DNA of 64,000 nt from Pseudomonadota bacterium (GCA_021828045.1 JAKATI010000002.1:709-64708); one strand, 5' to 3'; positions 27,299 through 37,520 are shown, numbered from the stretch's first letter. The notes: generated from the sequence alone by a model not told the origin. Translations and numbers: made by a program.

Positions 27299-28321
27299 AT
27301 GAAGTCCCATCCACTCGACGCACTTGCACAACAGTTGATGGCACCGGATCGGGGGATCCTTGCAGCCGATGAAAGCTCGGGGACCATCGAGAAGCGCTTC
27401 CAGGCCGTGGGGATTCCCTCAACGGAAATCACGCGTCGGGATTACCGTGAACTCCTGTTTTCGAGCCCGGGGATCGAGCAGCACCTCTCCGGCGTGATCC
27501 TCTTCGAGGAGACTCTCCACCAGACCAGCCGGGAGGGGGGGCGGCTCGTCCGGATTCTCGAGGATCGGGGCATCCTGCCGGGCATCAAGGTGGACCGGGG
27601 GATTAAGCCCTTGCCGGGGCGGCCCGATGAATCCGTGACCGAGGGACTGGATGGCTTGCGCGAGCGACTCGCTGCCTACCGGGAGCACGGCGCGCGTTTC
27701 ACGAAATGGCGGGCCGTGATTGCGGTCGATGAGCAACGACCCTCTCCCTTGGCCCTGCGGGCCAATACGGAGGCTCTGGCCCGTTATGCCGGCCTCGTGC
27801 AGGAAGCCGGCATGGTTCCGATTGTGGAGCCGGAGGTCCTGATGGAGGGCAGCCCCGACCTCGATCGCTGCGAAACCGTGACCACGGCCGCCCTCGATCA
27901 GCTGTTTTCGGCCCTCCAGGCCTACGGGATCCGGCTTGAGGCCCTGGTTCTCAAGCCCAACATGGTCCTTCCCGGCAAGCAGTGCACTCGTCCCGCATCC
28001 GTCGAGGCCGTGGCCGAGGCCACGGTGCGAACCCTGGCCCGGACGGTTCCGGCAGCCGTTCCGGGAGTGGCCTTCCTGTCCGGGGGGCAGTCTCCGGAAC
28101 AAGCCACCCGCCATCTCAATGCCATCAACCAGCACGCCACGCGTCTCCCCTGGCGGCTCACCTTCTCCTTCTCGCGGGCTCTCCAGGAACCTCCGCTCCG
28201 GATGTGGGCCGGGAAGGAAGAGCGGATCCGGCAGGCACAGGAGCTGTTCAGCCAGCGCATCCGCCTGAACAGCCTGGCGAGCATGGGGCGTTACCATCCG
28301 GATCTGGAAAAAGTGGCCTGA
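27299..28321 (+). CDS. Fructose-bisphosphate aldolase, class I
   Basis: GILAADESSGTIEKRF, ISGVILFEETL and the Schiff-base region LVLKPNMV. 340 aa. Confidence 0.9.
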   Translation: MKSHPLDALAQQLMAPDRGILAADESSGTIEKRFQAVGIPSTEITRRDYRELLFSSPGIEQHLSGVILFEETLHQTSREGGRLVRILEDRGILPGIKVDRGIKPLPGRPDESVTEGLDGLRERLAAYREHGARFTKWRAVIAVDEQRPSPLALRANTEALARYAGLVQEAGMVPIVEPEVLMEGSPDLDRCETVTTAALDQLFSALQAYGIRLEALVLKPNMVLPGKQCTRPASVEAVAEATVRTLARTVPAAVPGVAFLSGGQSPEQATRHLNAINQHATRLPWRLTFSFSRALQEPPLRMWAGKEERIRQAQELFSQRIRLNSLASMGRYHPDLEKVA

Positions 28322-28345
28322 AGCCTCCGGCCTCAAGCCCCACGA

Positions 28346-29218
28346 TTGCGCATGACGACCGCCGCACTTGCCCGACCCTGGACCGGAACACCGGATCTCG
28401 AACCGCCCCCAGGCCCCAATGCGATCCGGGTCCGGGACGTCCATTTCGGCTACGGTTCGCGTGTTGTTTTTTCCGGCTTGAACCTCACGGTTCCGGAAGG
28501 ACGGATTACGGCGATCCTGGGTCCCAGCGGATCTGGAAAAAGCACCCTGATCGAGCTCATGACCGGGCAGAAAAGAGTGCTCCGGGGTGAGATCGAGGTC
28601 GGGGGCGAAGAAGTGGGCGCCCTGTCCCGTCGGGCGCTCTTTCGCCTGAGGAGGCGGATGGGGGTCTTGTTCCAGGATGGCGCCCTGTTCACGGACCTTT
28701 CGGTTTTCGAGAATGTGGCCTTTCCGGTTCGGGAACATACACGGCTTGCGGAAGCCCTGGTCCACCACCTGGTCCTGATGAAGCTCGAAGCGGTTGGGCT
28801 GCGGGGTGCCCACTCGCTCTACCCGTCACAGCTGTCAGGGGGCATGGCCCGGCGGGTGGCCTTGGCGCGCTCGATTGTCCTCGATCCCTGGATCATGTTC
28901 TATGACGAGCCCCTGGTCGGGCTGGATCCAATCGCCATGGGCATGATCCTGCGGCTCATTGTCCATCTCAACCGGAGCCTCGGAATCACGAGTCTCATCG
29001 TGAGCCATGATGTGAGCGAGATGCTTGAGGTGGCAGACTGGTGCTATCTCATTGCGGAGGGCCGTGTGCAGGGGGCCGGTCCGCCTGCCGCCATCCGGGA
29101 GATGGGAAGCCCCTGGGTCCGCCAGTTCGTGAGTGGGGGGCCCGAGGGACCGGTACCGTTCCATTATCCCGGCCGCCCCTACGCAGACGACCTTTTCGGC
29201 GCGGTGCGGCCGGCATGA
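28346..29218 (+). CDS. mlaF: Phospholipid ABC transporter ATP-binding protein MlaF
   Basis: Walker A GPSGSGKST, signature LSGGMARR and Walker B IMFYDEP. It precedes mlaE with an ATGA overlap. Confidence 0.9.
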   Translation: MRMTTAALARPWTGTPDLEPPPGPNAIRVRDVHFGYGSRVVFSGLNLTVPEGRITAILGPSGSGKSTLIELMTGQKRVLRGEIEVGGEEVGALSRRALFRLRRRMGVLFQDGALFTDLSVFENVAFPVREHTRLAEALVHHLVLMKLEAVGLRGAHSLYPSQLSGGMARRVALARSIVLDPWIMFYDEPLVGLDPIAMGMILRLIVHLNRSLGITSLIVSHDVSEMLEVADWCYLIAEGRVQGAGPPAAIREMGSPWVRQFVSGGPEGPVPFHYPGRPYADDLFGAVRPA

Positions 29219-29985
29219 AGCGGTTCTTTGCCCTTCTTCAGCCGATCTGGGAGTTTGGTGCAGCCTTGGGCCGGCGTCTGCATTTTCTGGTCACGAGCCT
29301 GGCCCTCGTACCATCCGCCTTGGCCCGCCCGCGCCAGTTCATCGAACAGCTTTTTTACGTGGGCTCCGTCTCGGTCATCCTGATCGCGGTGGGGGGACTG
29401 TTCGTGGGCCTGGTCCTGGCCCTGCAGTTCTACACTGCCCTGTCCCGCTTCGGTGCCACGAGTTCCCTGGGGGGGCTTGTGACCTTGGCCCTGCTGCGCG
29501 AGCTGGGTCCAGTGCTGACCGCGCTCTTGTTCGCCGGCCGGGCCGGAACCTCGCTCGCATCCGAACTCGGACTCATGCGGGCCACCCGCCAGATCGATGC
29601 CATGGAGGTGATGGCCGTCGATCCCATGCGGAGGATCGTGGCCCCGCGTTTTCTGGCCGGGATCTTGGCGATGCCTCTTCTCGCGGCCATCTTCAGTGCC
29701 ATGGGTGTGCTCGGCTCCTACCTGATCGGCATCAAGATGATGGGCCTCGATCCCGGCGTTTTCTGGTCGAGCATGCGGCATGAGGTCCGCTTCCACTCCG
29801 ATTTTGTGAACGGCATGATCAAGAGCCTGATTTTCGGCGTCGCCTGCAGCCTGATTTCCCTCTACGAGGGCTATCATGCCCGGCCCACGGCCGAGGGGGT
29901 CGGTCAGGCCACGACCCGTTCCGTGGTCATCAGTTCCATGGCGATACTGGCCCTGGATTTTCTGCTAACCTCCTTCATGTACTGA
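29215..29985 (+). CDS. mlaE: Phospholipid ABC transporter permease MlaE
   Basis: 256 aa with multiple TM segments and the MlaE-family pattern (ELGPVLTALLFAGRAGT). The ORF-track start 29041 is an over-extension. Confidence 0.9.
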   Translation: MKRFFALLQPIWEFGAALGRRLHFLVTSLALVPSALARPRQFIEQLFYVGSVSVILIAVGGLFVGLVLALQFYTALSRFGATSSLGGLVTLALLRELGPVLTALLFAGRAGTSLASELGLMRATRQIDAMEVMAVDPMRRIVAPRFLAGILAMPLLAAIFSAMGVLGSYLIGIKMMGLDPGVFWSSMRHEVRFHSDFVNGMIKSLIFGVACSLISLYEGYHARPTAEGVGQATTRSVVISSMAILALDFLLTSFMY

Positions 29986-30007
29986 GGGGGATCGCCGAGA
30001 GGGTTTT

Positions 30008-30472
30008 ATGCGTCAGATCCGCACGCTCGAAGTCACCACCGGACTCTTTGTGCTCCTGGGAGTGGCCGCCCTGTTCTATCTGGCCACGCAGACCACCAAC
30101 TACCGGAGCTATGGCGGGCGGAGTTATCGGGTCCGGGCCTTCTTCAACAACGTGGGCGGATTGCATGTGGGAGCGCCCGTCCGCCTGGGCGGGGTGACCA
30201 TTGGCCGGGTGAACCTCATCCGTTACAGCATGACGCGTTACCAGGCCGAGGTCGGCCTTCTCATCTCGGACCACTATGACAAGATTCCCGCGGATTCGAC
30301 CGCGGCCATCCTGACCCAGGGAGTGCTCGGGGAGCAATATATCGGTCTGAGTCCAGGGGGGGCACCGACCTTCCTCCACAATGGCAGTACGATTCATTTC
30401 ACGCAGTCCGCGATTATCCTGGAGAATCTGTTGGGTCAGCTTTTGACCCACGCTGGCCATTCCGGCAAATGA
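30008..30472 (+). CDS. mlaD: MCE-domain phospholipid-binding protein MlaD
   Basis: N-terminal TM (EVTTGLFVLLGVAALFYLA) plus an MCE domain (GLHVGAPVRLGGVTIGRV). Confidence 0.9.
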   Translation: MRQIRTLEVTTGLFVLLGVAALFYLATQTTNYRSYGGRSYRVRAFFNNVGGLHVGAPVRLGGVTIGRVNLIRYSMTRYQAEVGLLISDHYDKIPADSTAAILTQGVLGEQYIGLSPGGAPTFLHNGSTIHFTQSAIILENLLGQLLTHAGHSGK

Positions 30473-30539
30473 GGAAAACAGCCCCGTCCCGGCTCCCTCT
30501 CCCTGCCGCGGGATCCCGCGGTTCCACCGGTGATCCCAC

Positions 30540-31196
30540 ATGATGAAAAGACTCCTGCCCCTCTCCCTGCTGCCCCTTTTTCTCCTGGGGATCCCGGCCC
30601 ATGCCGCGCCCCTGACCCATGAATCCCTGGTGGACAACCCGGCCGCCACGCCCACCGCCCTGATCCAGCAGGCGACGGGGAAAGTCCTGGTCTTTCTCAA
30701 GGTCCACCGGCAGGCGCTCCAGCTCCATCCCCGAAAGACAGCCCTCCTTCTCGCGAAGGAGCTTCTGCCCTACTTCGACTTCTCGCTCACCGCCGAGTAC
30801 GTGCTCGGCCGGTATTGGCGGTCGGCGAAGCCTGCGCAACGGCAGCAGTTCGAGCGCTTCTTCTACCATTATCTGATCCATACCTTCGCAACAGCCCTCA
30901 AGCACTACCGGGGAGCTCGGGTCCGGGTCAAGCCCTACCGGGGTTCCCTCGCGGTGCACTATGTCGAGGTGATGAGCGAGATTCACACGCAAGGCGGCCA
31001 GTCGGTGGGCGTCACGTATGCCCTCTATCGCACATCTCGCGGGTGGAGGATTTTTGACGTGAGTGTCGAGGGCATCTCCTACGTCATGAGCTTCCGGAAA
31101 CAGTTCGAACCGATCCTGGAACGGGTGGGTGTGGCGGGGCTCATCCACGAACTCCAGGCGAAGACGATCCATCCCGTCGTGCATGCCCCGTCCTGA
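30540..31196 (+). CDS. mlaC: Periplasmic phospholipid-binding protein MlaC (Ttg2D family)
   Basis: Signal peptide MMKRLLPLSLLPLFLLGIPAHA. 218 aa, in operon position after mlaD. Confidence 0.85.
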   Translation: MMKRLLPLSLLPLFLLGIPAHAAPLTHESLVDNPAATPTALIQQATGKVLVFLKVHRQALQLHPRKTALLLAKELLPYFDFSLTAEYVLGRYWRSAKPAQRQQFERFFYHYLIHTFATALKHYRGARVRVKPYRGSLAVHYVEVMSEIHTQGGQSVGVTYALYRTSRGWRIFDVSVEGISYVMSFRKQFEPILERVGVAGLIHELQAKTIHPVVHAPS

Positions 31197-31525
31197 TGGC
31201 AGCCGTGCCTGAGTCCCCACCGACCCGTCTTGAGATCCGGGTGGTGGATGACCGGATGCGTGTGATCGGGCCGCTCACAGTGGGAACCCTCCGCCGGCCG
31301 GACCGCAAAACCCGGCGGGTTTTCACCCAGGTCCGGTCGGTGGATCTCAGCGAGGTTCCCTTCATGGACAGTGCGGGAGTGGCCCAGCTCATCGAATGGA
31401 AGCGGCTGGCCCTCAAGCAGGGCCGGTCGCTCGAGGTCCGGAACCTGCCCGACCAGGCTCGCGCCATCGCCCGGCTTTGCCAGGTTGAAGACTTTCTCCT
31501 GAAAGACCTTCCCCCGCTCTCCTGA
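31196..31525 (+). CDS. mlaB: STAS-domain protein MlaB
   Basis: 109 aa with a STAS-like pattern (VDLSEVPFMDSAGVAQLIEW). 1-nt TGATG overlap with mlaC. Confidence 0.8.
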   Translation: MAAVPESPPTRLEIRVVDDRMRVIGPLTVGTLRRPDRKTRRVFTQVRSVDLSEVPFMDSAGVAQLIEWKRLALKQGRSLEVRNLPDQARAIARLCQVEDFLLKDLPPLS

Positions 31526-31527
31526 AA

Positions 31528-32400
31528 TCAGCCCTGGGGAGGTGTGCCGACCTTTCCTGCCTGTCTCCGGGCCGTGGGGGCGGTCCCGCCGCCGGGGGCT
31601 GGGCCGCCCGGCAGTCCCGGATAGACGATGGGTGGATGGCCGTGATAGAAGCGGTAGCGCTGGTGTTGTTGGTAGGCGTCCTTCATCATGAGGTAGGGGT
31701 CCGGTGCGGAGTAGATGAGATGGATCTGGCCGATGAGCTGGGCGCGGATCTCGAGCAGGTTGAGGAGGGTGAGAGTGTTGCGGATCGGGACGGATGAAAT
31801 GTACTGGACCGGGTTTCCGAGGTAGCTGTCGACGATGCGGCCGGTGAGGCTGCGCAGGCTGCTCGGGCCAAAAAGGGGCAGGTAGAGATATGGTCCCCGC
31901 GGGATTCCCCAGTGCGCCAGGGTCAGTCCGAAGTCTGCATGGTGGCGCGAGAGGCCCAGGGCGGAGGCCACGTTGAAAAGGCCCAAGACCCCGAACGTGG
32001 TGTTGGCGAGGAAGCGGCCGCTTTCCTCGAATCCCTGCCGGGGGCGGCCTTCCAGGAACTCGTTCACGGCCACCATCGGGTCCGCCAGGTTCGAAAAGAC
32101 GTTGTGAATGCCGATCCGGACCGGATGGGGCACGACCGCCACATAGGCATGGGCGGCCGGCCGGAGGACTGCCCGGTCCACCGCTTCGTTCAGGGCGAAG
32201 TTGGCGCGGTTGATGTCATGGAAGGGTCCCGGCCCGTGCCCGGAGAGGCTCGCGCAGGCACCCAGTGTGAGGGCGAGGCCGCAGGTTGCGGTGGAAAGCG
32301 CCAGGCGATGTCCCCAGGCGCGGAGGGGGGACCTGACCCAGGCGGGTCCTTCGTGTGGCAGAGAGGGCGTTTCATCACATGGGGATCGGGAGACAGGCAT
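31528..32400 (-). CDS. mlaA: Outer-membrane lipoprotein MlaA/VacJ
   Basis: Lipobox LTLGAC. VacJ-family core (FNEAVDR-like NEAVDRAVLRP, NVFSNLADP, NTTFGVLGLFNVA). The start at 32400 was chosen; the ORF-track start is 32478. Confidence 0.85.
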   Translation of the reverse strand: MPVSRSPCDETPSLPHEGPAWVRSPLRAWGHRLALSTATCGLALTLGACASLSGHGPGPFHDINRANFALNEAVDRAVLRPAAHAYVAVVPHPVRIGIHNVFSNLADPMVAVNEFLEGRPRQGFEESGRFLANTTFGVLGLFNVASALGLSRHHADFGLTLAHWGIPRGPYLYLPLFGPSSLRSLTGRIVDSYLGNPVQYISSVPIRNTLTLLNLLEIRAQLIGQIHLIYSAPDPYLMMKDAYQQHQRYRFYHGHPPIVYPGLPGGPAPGGGTAPTARRQAGKVGTPPQG

Positions 32401-32546
32401 GATCGGTCTTGGCCTCCGGTCGGGTGAGGCTCGGGTGCAAGCAAATCCCCCACCGATCGCCGGTGGGCGTCTGGACATTTAAAACCCGGTTCCGCTGAAC
32501 CGGCCCCGGCGTCCGCGAAATCCTCGCGGGCCGTCAATTTCCCGGA

Positions 32547-33911
32547 TCAGAACTGGTAGCCGAACTCCAAGGCGTAGAGATTGGCATCCAGGTTCCAGGT
32601 CCCGACCACCTGGTCACCCGATGGACTGATGTTGTTCATGGGGATATGGCTGCTCAGGAACAGGTGCGCATAACCAAACGACAGCTGGGTGGCCGGGTTG
32701 ACCTGGTAGGTGAAGCCCAAAGACAGCCAATCCCGGTTGCCGTCGGGCAGGCGGGCGTTCCGGGTCGAGTTGGGAACCGGACTCTGATCCCAGCCAAGAC
32801 CGCCCCGGAAGGTCCAATGGGCGTTGTACTGCCAGCTGGTTCCCACACTGCCGTACCAGGTGTTGTGGTAGTTCTCGGGTGTGGTGGCTGTGGGCTGGTT
32901 GGGATTCGCAAAGAGGATCTGGATCTGCTGGAAGGAGTCCCAGCGGGTGTAGCTGGCGGTGGCCCCGATCGACCAGGCATGGGTCAACTGCTGGTTGAAA
33001 CTCAGGGTGGCCGTGTCCGGCGTCTCGAGGTTGGCACTGGCATCGGTCGGGGAGAAGATGGCACTTTGCTCAAAGAGGGCCGGTACGTTGTTGAAGGTGG
33101 CGGTCCCGACGAGATTGTGGGTGATCCGGCTCCGGTAGGCGAGGCCGATCCGCGTTCCCGAGTCATGCCAGAGGAAGCCGATGTTCCAGCCAAAGGCCGT
33201 GTCGCTTCCCTGCACCTCCGAAAAGATGTCGTGTGACTGGGGGGTGAGACCCAGGCTCTCGCAGTTCAACGGTCCCAGTTTGGAGAAACAGACGGCTCCG
33301 GCATCGACCGCGTTCGTGAACTTGGCATAGGCTTTGGAGAGATCCAGCCCGAGGCCGATGGAGAAGTGGGGAGACAGGCGGTAGGCCAAGGACGGGTTGA
33401 CGTTGATGACATCCAGGGAGGTGTAGATGGCCTCGTAGCGGAGGATCGACGAGGCGTTGTAATCGGTGCTGAGTCCGAAGGGGACATAGATGCCGATGCC
33501 CCAGGACCAATGGTGGTTGATGGGCGCGGCAAAGAATCCCGAAGGGACAAAGTTGAGTTTGCGGCCGGCATTGCCTCCATTGTTTCCGGACAGGGGTTCC
33601 CCGATGGCATCGACGGCCGAGGTGGGGGTGAACTCTCCATTCAGCTTGATAAGGGTTGCGGTCAGGTTGAGGGTCGGCTTTTTGAGGAGGGTCAGAAGGG
33701 CCGGATTGAAGTAGACCGCGGTGGCACCATCCGGGTACGCGGCGCTGCCGGCATAGGCCTTCCCCATTTCACGGGCGCTGGATTCGTTCAGGGCAAATCC
33801 GGAACCCCATGCCGGGGAGGAGAGAACCCCCAGCCCGGCTGCTGCCAGCAGGGCAAAGAGGGAGAGACTCCGGGCGGTTTTCTGGGCGGACAGACGTTTC
33901 ATCGTCAGCAT
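32547..33911 (-). CDS. fadL: Long-chain fatty acid / hydrophobic compound outer-membrane channel, FadL/TodX family
   Basis: Signal peptide ending SSPAWG followed by SGFALNESSAREMGKAYAG, typical of the FadL N-terminus. C-terminal aromatic (F) beta-barrel end. Confidence 0.85.
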   Translation of the reverse strand: MLTMKRLSAQKTARSLSLFALLAAAGLGVLSSPAWGSGFALNESSAREMGKAYAGSAAYPDGATAVYFNPALLTLLKKPTLNLTATLIKLNGEFTPTSAVDAIGEPLSGNNGGNAGRKLNFVPSGFFAAPINHHWSWGIGIYVPFGLSTDYNASSILRYEAIYTSLDVINVNPSLAYRLSPHFSIGLGLDLSKAYAKFTNAVDAGAVCFSKLGPLNCESLGLTPQSHDIFSEVQGSDTAFGWNIGFLWHDSGTRIGLAYRSRITHNLVGTATFNNVPALFEQSAIFSPTDASANLETPDTATLSFNQQLTHAWSIGATASYTRWDSFQQIQILFANPNQPTATTPENYHNTWYGSVGTSWQYNAHWTFRGGLGWDQSPVPNSTRNARLPDGNRDWLSLGFTYQVNPATQLSFGYAHLFLSSHIPMNNISPSGDQVVGTWNLDANLYALEFGYQF

Positions 33912-34070
33912 GTTCGTCGCTCCTGCGAAGGCGAATTGTTGGGTCATTGATCGGGGACCGGCTGGCCGGGCTCCCCGGGAACATCGCATGGTCGAAATTG
34001 TTTCGTTACGTCCACTTTTATGGTAACACAGGCTCCCGTTTGCAGAATGGGGGGGCAGGAACCCTCCGGC

Positions 34071-35492
34071 TCAGAGCGACTGGCTCGCGAAATCGGCAAG
34101 ACGCGACCGTTCGCCACGGGACAGGGTGATGTGTCCCGAATACGGCCAGCTCTTGAAGCGGTCGACCACGTAGGTGAGGCCGGAGGTGATCTCGGTGAGA
34201 TAGGGGGTGTCGATCTGGGCAATGTTGCCGACACAAATGATCTTGCTGTGGGGTCCGGCCCGGGTGATGAGCGCCCGCATCTGCTTGGGTGTGAGGTTCT
34301 GGGCCTCGTCGATGATGACGTAGCGGTTGAGGAAGGTCCGGCCCCGCATGTAGTTCAGGGAGCGGATCTTGATGCGTTGGGCCAGAAGGTCCTGGGTGGC
34401 GGCCCGTCCCCAGCTGCCGCCTCCCGAGGAGCCGCTCAGGACCTCCAGGTTGTCGAGGAGGGCTCCCATCCAGGGGGTCATTTTTTCCTCTTCCGTTCCG
34501 GGCAGGAAGCCGATGTCCTCGCCCAGGGGAACGGTGATGCGGGTCATGATGATTTCCCGGAATCGATTGTGTTCCAGGGTTTCCTGGAGACCGGCGGCGA
34601 GAGTCATCAGGGTCTTGCCGGTTCCGGCCGGTCCCAAGAGGGTCACGAAATCGAGATCGGGGTGCAGGAGGAGGTTCAGGGCAAAGTTCTGCTCCCGGTT
34701 GCGGGCGTGGATGCCCCAGACGGGTGCATGGGGAGAGCGGAAATCCCGGACCAGTTCGAGGACCGCCCGTTGTCCGTCCGTCTCGCGGACCAAAGCCTCG
34801 ATCGGGCTCTCCCCGGCACCGTACAGGCACAGATTGGGAAACCATCCGGACACAAGCGGACCTTCCACGGCATAGTAGGTGAGGCCGTCGCGGTTCCAGG
34901 ACTTGACCCGCTCGCCGTGGGCCTGCCAGAAATCCTCGGGCAGGTTCCGCATGCCGCTTTCCAGAAGGCTGAGATCCTCGAGCACCTGGTCGCTCGCGTA
35001 ATCCTCGGCCCGGACGCCGAGAACGGCAGCCTTGATGCGCAGGTTGACATCCTTGGTGATCAGGGTGACCGAATGGTGAGTCAGGCGTTTGGCAAGCGCG
35101 AGGCAGAGCGAGAGGATCGCATGGTCGGGGTGATGGCCCGGCAGTTCGAGGGGCAGGGGCTCCAGCAGGGTTTCGGTCTGGAGGAACAGCAGTCCCCGCG
35201 CACCGTTCCGGGATCCATTGGAGGGGGGGGCTGACTTCAGGGCGAACGTTTCGAGGGGCAATCCCCGGTGGATGGCGTCCTGGGTGGCGCCGTGGATCAC
35301 TTGTTCGAGGAAGCGGCTGGCCTGGCGCGCATTCTGGGCCACCTCGCTCAATCCCTTCTTTGCGGCGTCGAGCTCCTCGATCACGACCATGGGCAGGAAC
35401 AGGTCGTCCTCGTGGAAACGGAAGAGGGCGGCCGGATCATGCATCAGGACGTTCGTGTCCAGGACGCAGAGGCGCTTTCCGGGTCGCGTCAT
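34071..35492 (-). CDS. PhoH-family ATPase with N-terminal PIN domain (YlaK-like)
   Basis: PIN start CVLDTNVLMHDP...VVIEELD, then Walker A GPAGTGKT and Walker B VIIDEAQN. 473 aa. Confidence 0.9.
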   Translation of the reverse strand: MTRPGKRLCVLDTNVLMHDPAALFRFHEDDLFLPMVVIEELDAAKKGLSEVAQNARQASRFLEQVIHGATQDAIHRGLPLETFALKSAPPSNGSRNGARGLLFLQTETLLEPLPLELPGHHPDHAILSLCLALAKRLTHHSVTLITKDVNLRIKAAVLGVRAEDYASDQVLEDLSLLESGMRNLPEDFWQAHGERVKSWNRDGLTYYAVEGPLVSGWFPNLCLYGAGESPIEALVRETDGQRAVLELVRDFRSPHAPVWGIHARNREQNFALNLLLHPDLDFVTLLGPAGTGKTLMTLAAGLQETLEHNRFREIIMTRITVPLGEDIGFLPGTEEEKMTPWMGALLDNLEVLSGSSGGGSWGRAATQDLLAQRIKIRSLNYMRGRTFLNRYVIIDEAQNLTPKQMRALITRAGPHSKIICVGNIAQIDTPYLTEITSGLTYVVDRFKSWPYSGHITLSRGERSRLADFASQSL

Positions 35493-35499
35493 GAAGCGT

Positions 35500-35970
35500 T
35501 CAGGGAGCCATCCGGGTTGCCATCACCCGCTCGAGTACGGCCTGGGCGTGCCCCCGGGGCTTCACGTTTCTCCACGCTTCCCGCAGTCGGCCTTCGGCGT
35601 CGAAGAAGAACGTGCTGCGGTCGATGCCGAGGTATCTCCGTCCATACAGCGATTTTTCACGGATGACGTCGCAGGCCCGGCAGAGTGCGGATTCCGTATC
35701 GGCCAGGAGGGGGAAGGGAATCGCATATTTCCGGGCAAACTTTTCATGGGAGGAGAGCGAATCGCGGGAGACTCCGACAATCCCCACGCCGAGCTCGCGG
35801 AACCGGGAGTGGAGCGCCGTGAACTCGATGGCCTCCACCGTGCAGCCGGAGGTGCTGTCCTTGGGATAAAAGTAGAGCACGGTCGGCCGGCCCCGGAGGT
35901 CGCTGGAGCGGAGGCGGCCCTCGGGATGGGCGGGAAGGTCAAAGTCCGGGATCTGTTCGGGGTCGGTCAT
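35500..35970 (-). CDS. bcp: Thiol peroxidase Bcp (peroxiredoxin)
   Basis: YFYPKDSTSGCT peroxidatic Cys motif. 156 aa, in bcp-gcvR-dapA synteny. Confidence 0.9.
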   Translation of the reverse strand: MTDPEQIPDFDLPAHPEGRLRSSDLRGRPTVLYFYPKDSTSGCTVEAIEFTALHSRFRELGVGIVGVSRDSLSSHEKFARKYAIPFPLLADTESALCRACDVIREKSLYGRRYLGIDRSTFFFDAEGRLREAWRNVKPRGHAQAVLERVMATRMAP

Positions 35971-35975
35971 GGGGC

Positions 35976-36506
35976 TCAGGATTTCACGGGTTCCATGATG
36001 GCATCCAGGTTCAGTTTGTCGCAGAAGTCGGTGAACTCCTCCCGGAGGTGGGCAATGGGTTGCGAGGCGGGAACCAGGATCGTCATCTGGAACGCCATCA
36101 TGGTGGCGCCGGTATAACTGGCCACGTACGTCCGGGAACTGAGCTCGCAGATGGTGATCTGCCGTTCGGTGAAAAAGCTGGTCAGGTTGAAGAGGGTTCC
36201 CTCCTGGTCGAGCGAGACCACATCAACGGCATACGGGGTCATTTCCTTGACCAGCGGGCGTTCCGTCGTTCGTTGCAGGGTGAGCGACACTTGCAGCTTG
36301 CGTTCCATCTTTTTGCTGCCGCTTTCGAGCCGCGCAATCGCGTCCCAGGCGCCTGAAATCAGGAGAAAACAGGCAAACTCGGTTCCCAGGACGGACATGC
36401 GGCTTTCCACGATGTTGCAGCCGCACTCGAGGATGAAACGGGTAAGGTCCGGCAGAAGGGCAGGCTGGTTCGGGCCCATCGCGTTCAACACCAGGACCTG
36501 CTTCAT
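35976..36506 (-). CDS. gcvR: Glycine cleavage system transcriptional repressor GcvR (tandem ACT domains)
   Basis: Two ACT-like halves. It is adjacent to bcp and divergent from dapA, as in enterobacteria. The start at MKQVLVLNA was chosen. Confidence 0.75.
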   Translation of the reverse strand: MKQVLVLNAMGPNQPALLPDLTRFILECGCNIVESRMSVLGTEFACFLLISGAWDAIARLESGSKKMERKLQVSLTLQRTTERPLVKEMTPYAVDVVSLDQEGTLFNLTSFFTERQITICELSSRTYVASYTGATMMAFQMTILVPASQPIAHLREEFTDFCDKLNLDAIMEPVKS

Positions 36507-36616
36507 GAACAGGGCATCCCGGTCCTGCGTGCCCATCCCGGACGGGCGGGACTTGAGCGGTCTCTCCCGAAACGTTTAAGATAGTCCAAGAGCGTCCTCC
36601 CAGGCGTGTGTGAGCC

Positions 36617-37516
36617 ATGTTCCAGGGTAGTTTGGTGGCGTTGGTCACCCCCATGGCCCAAGACGGCCAGATCGATTATACAAGCCTTGACCGCCTGGTT
36701 GAATGGCATCTCGCATCCGGCACACAGGGGCTCGTGATCGGTGGCACCACGGGGGAAAGCGCGACCTTGCGGCCGGTCGAGAAGGTGGCTCTGGTCGCGG
36801 CAGTGCTGAAGTGCGTGCGGGGACGGATCCCGGTGATTGCCGGCAGCGGCACGCATGCCACCGACGAAACCCTCCAGCTGACCCGCCGCATGGCGGAACT
36901 CGGCGTGGACGGCTGTCTGCTCGTGGCGCCCTACTATAACAAGCCGGGCCCCGAAGGCCAGTTCCGCCACTTCGAGGTGGTGGCCCGGTCGGTTTCGGTT
37001 CCGATCCTCCTGTACAATGTGCCCAGCCGCACCGCCTGCGATCTCCTGCCCGAGACCGTGGCCCGTCTGAGCCGGGTTCCCGGCATCGTGGGTATCAAGG
37101 AAGCCATCCCGGGTGTCGAGCGCCTGCGGGAGCTCCGAAAGGTGTGCCGGCCGGATTTCGGTTATTGGAGCGGTGACGATGGGACGGCACTCGACTTTAT
37201 CGAAGCGGGTGGAGCCGGGGTGATTTCAGTTACCGCAAACGTGGTGCCGGATCGGATGGCCCAGTGGGTGGGCCATGCGCTCCGGGGCGAATGGTCCGAG
37301 GCACGGGAGATGCAAGAATCGCTCCTGCCCCTCCACGAGGTCTTGTTTGTTGAGTCGAACCCGGTCCCGGTCAAGTGGGCCCTTCATGAGATGGGGTGGA
37401 TACCCGGTGGCATCCGGTTACCCTTGGTGACCCTCTCCGAGGGGAGTCGGGAGCGGGTCCGTACTACTCTGGAACGGCTCGCCATCGGCCGGGCCGGATC
37501 CAGCACGGGGAGATGA
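36617..37516 (+). CDS. dapA: 4-hydroxy-tetrahydrodipicolinate synthase
   Basis: MFQGSLVALVTPM, GTTGES and Schiff-base Lys region GIKEA. 299 aa. Confidence 0.95.
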   Translation: MFQGSLVALVTPMAQDGQIDYTSLDRLVEWHLASGTQGLVIGGTTGESATLRPVEKVALVAAVLKCVRGRIPVIAGSGTHATDETLQLTRRMAELGVDGCLLVAPYYNKPGPEGQFRHFEVVARSVSVPILLYNVPSRTACDLLPETVARLSRVPGIVGIKEAIPGVERLRELRKVCRPDFGYWSGDDGTALDFIEAGGAGVISVTANVVPDRMAQWVGHALRGEWSEAREMQESLLPLHEVLFVESNPVPVKWALHEMGWIPGGIRLPLVTLSEGSRERVRTTLERLAIGRAGSSTGR

Positions 37517-37520
37517 CGCA

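Noticed and set aside
27419-28813. 464-aa minus-strand ORF
   Set aside because: It is antisense to the class I aldolase and mlaF, with a shadow-ORF composition.
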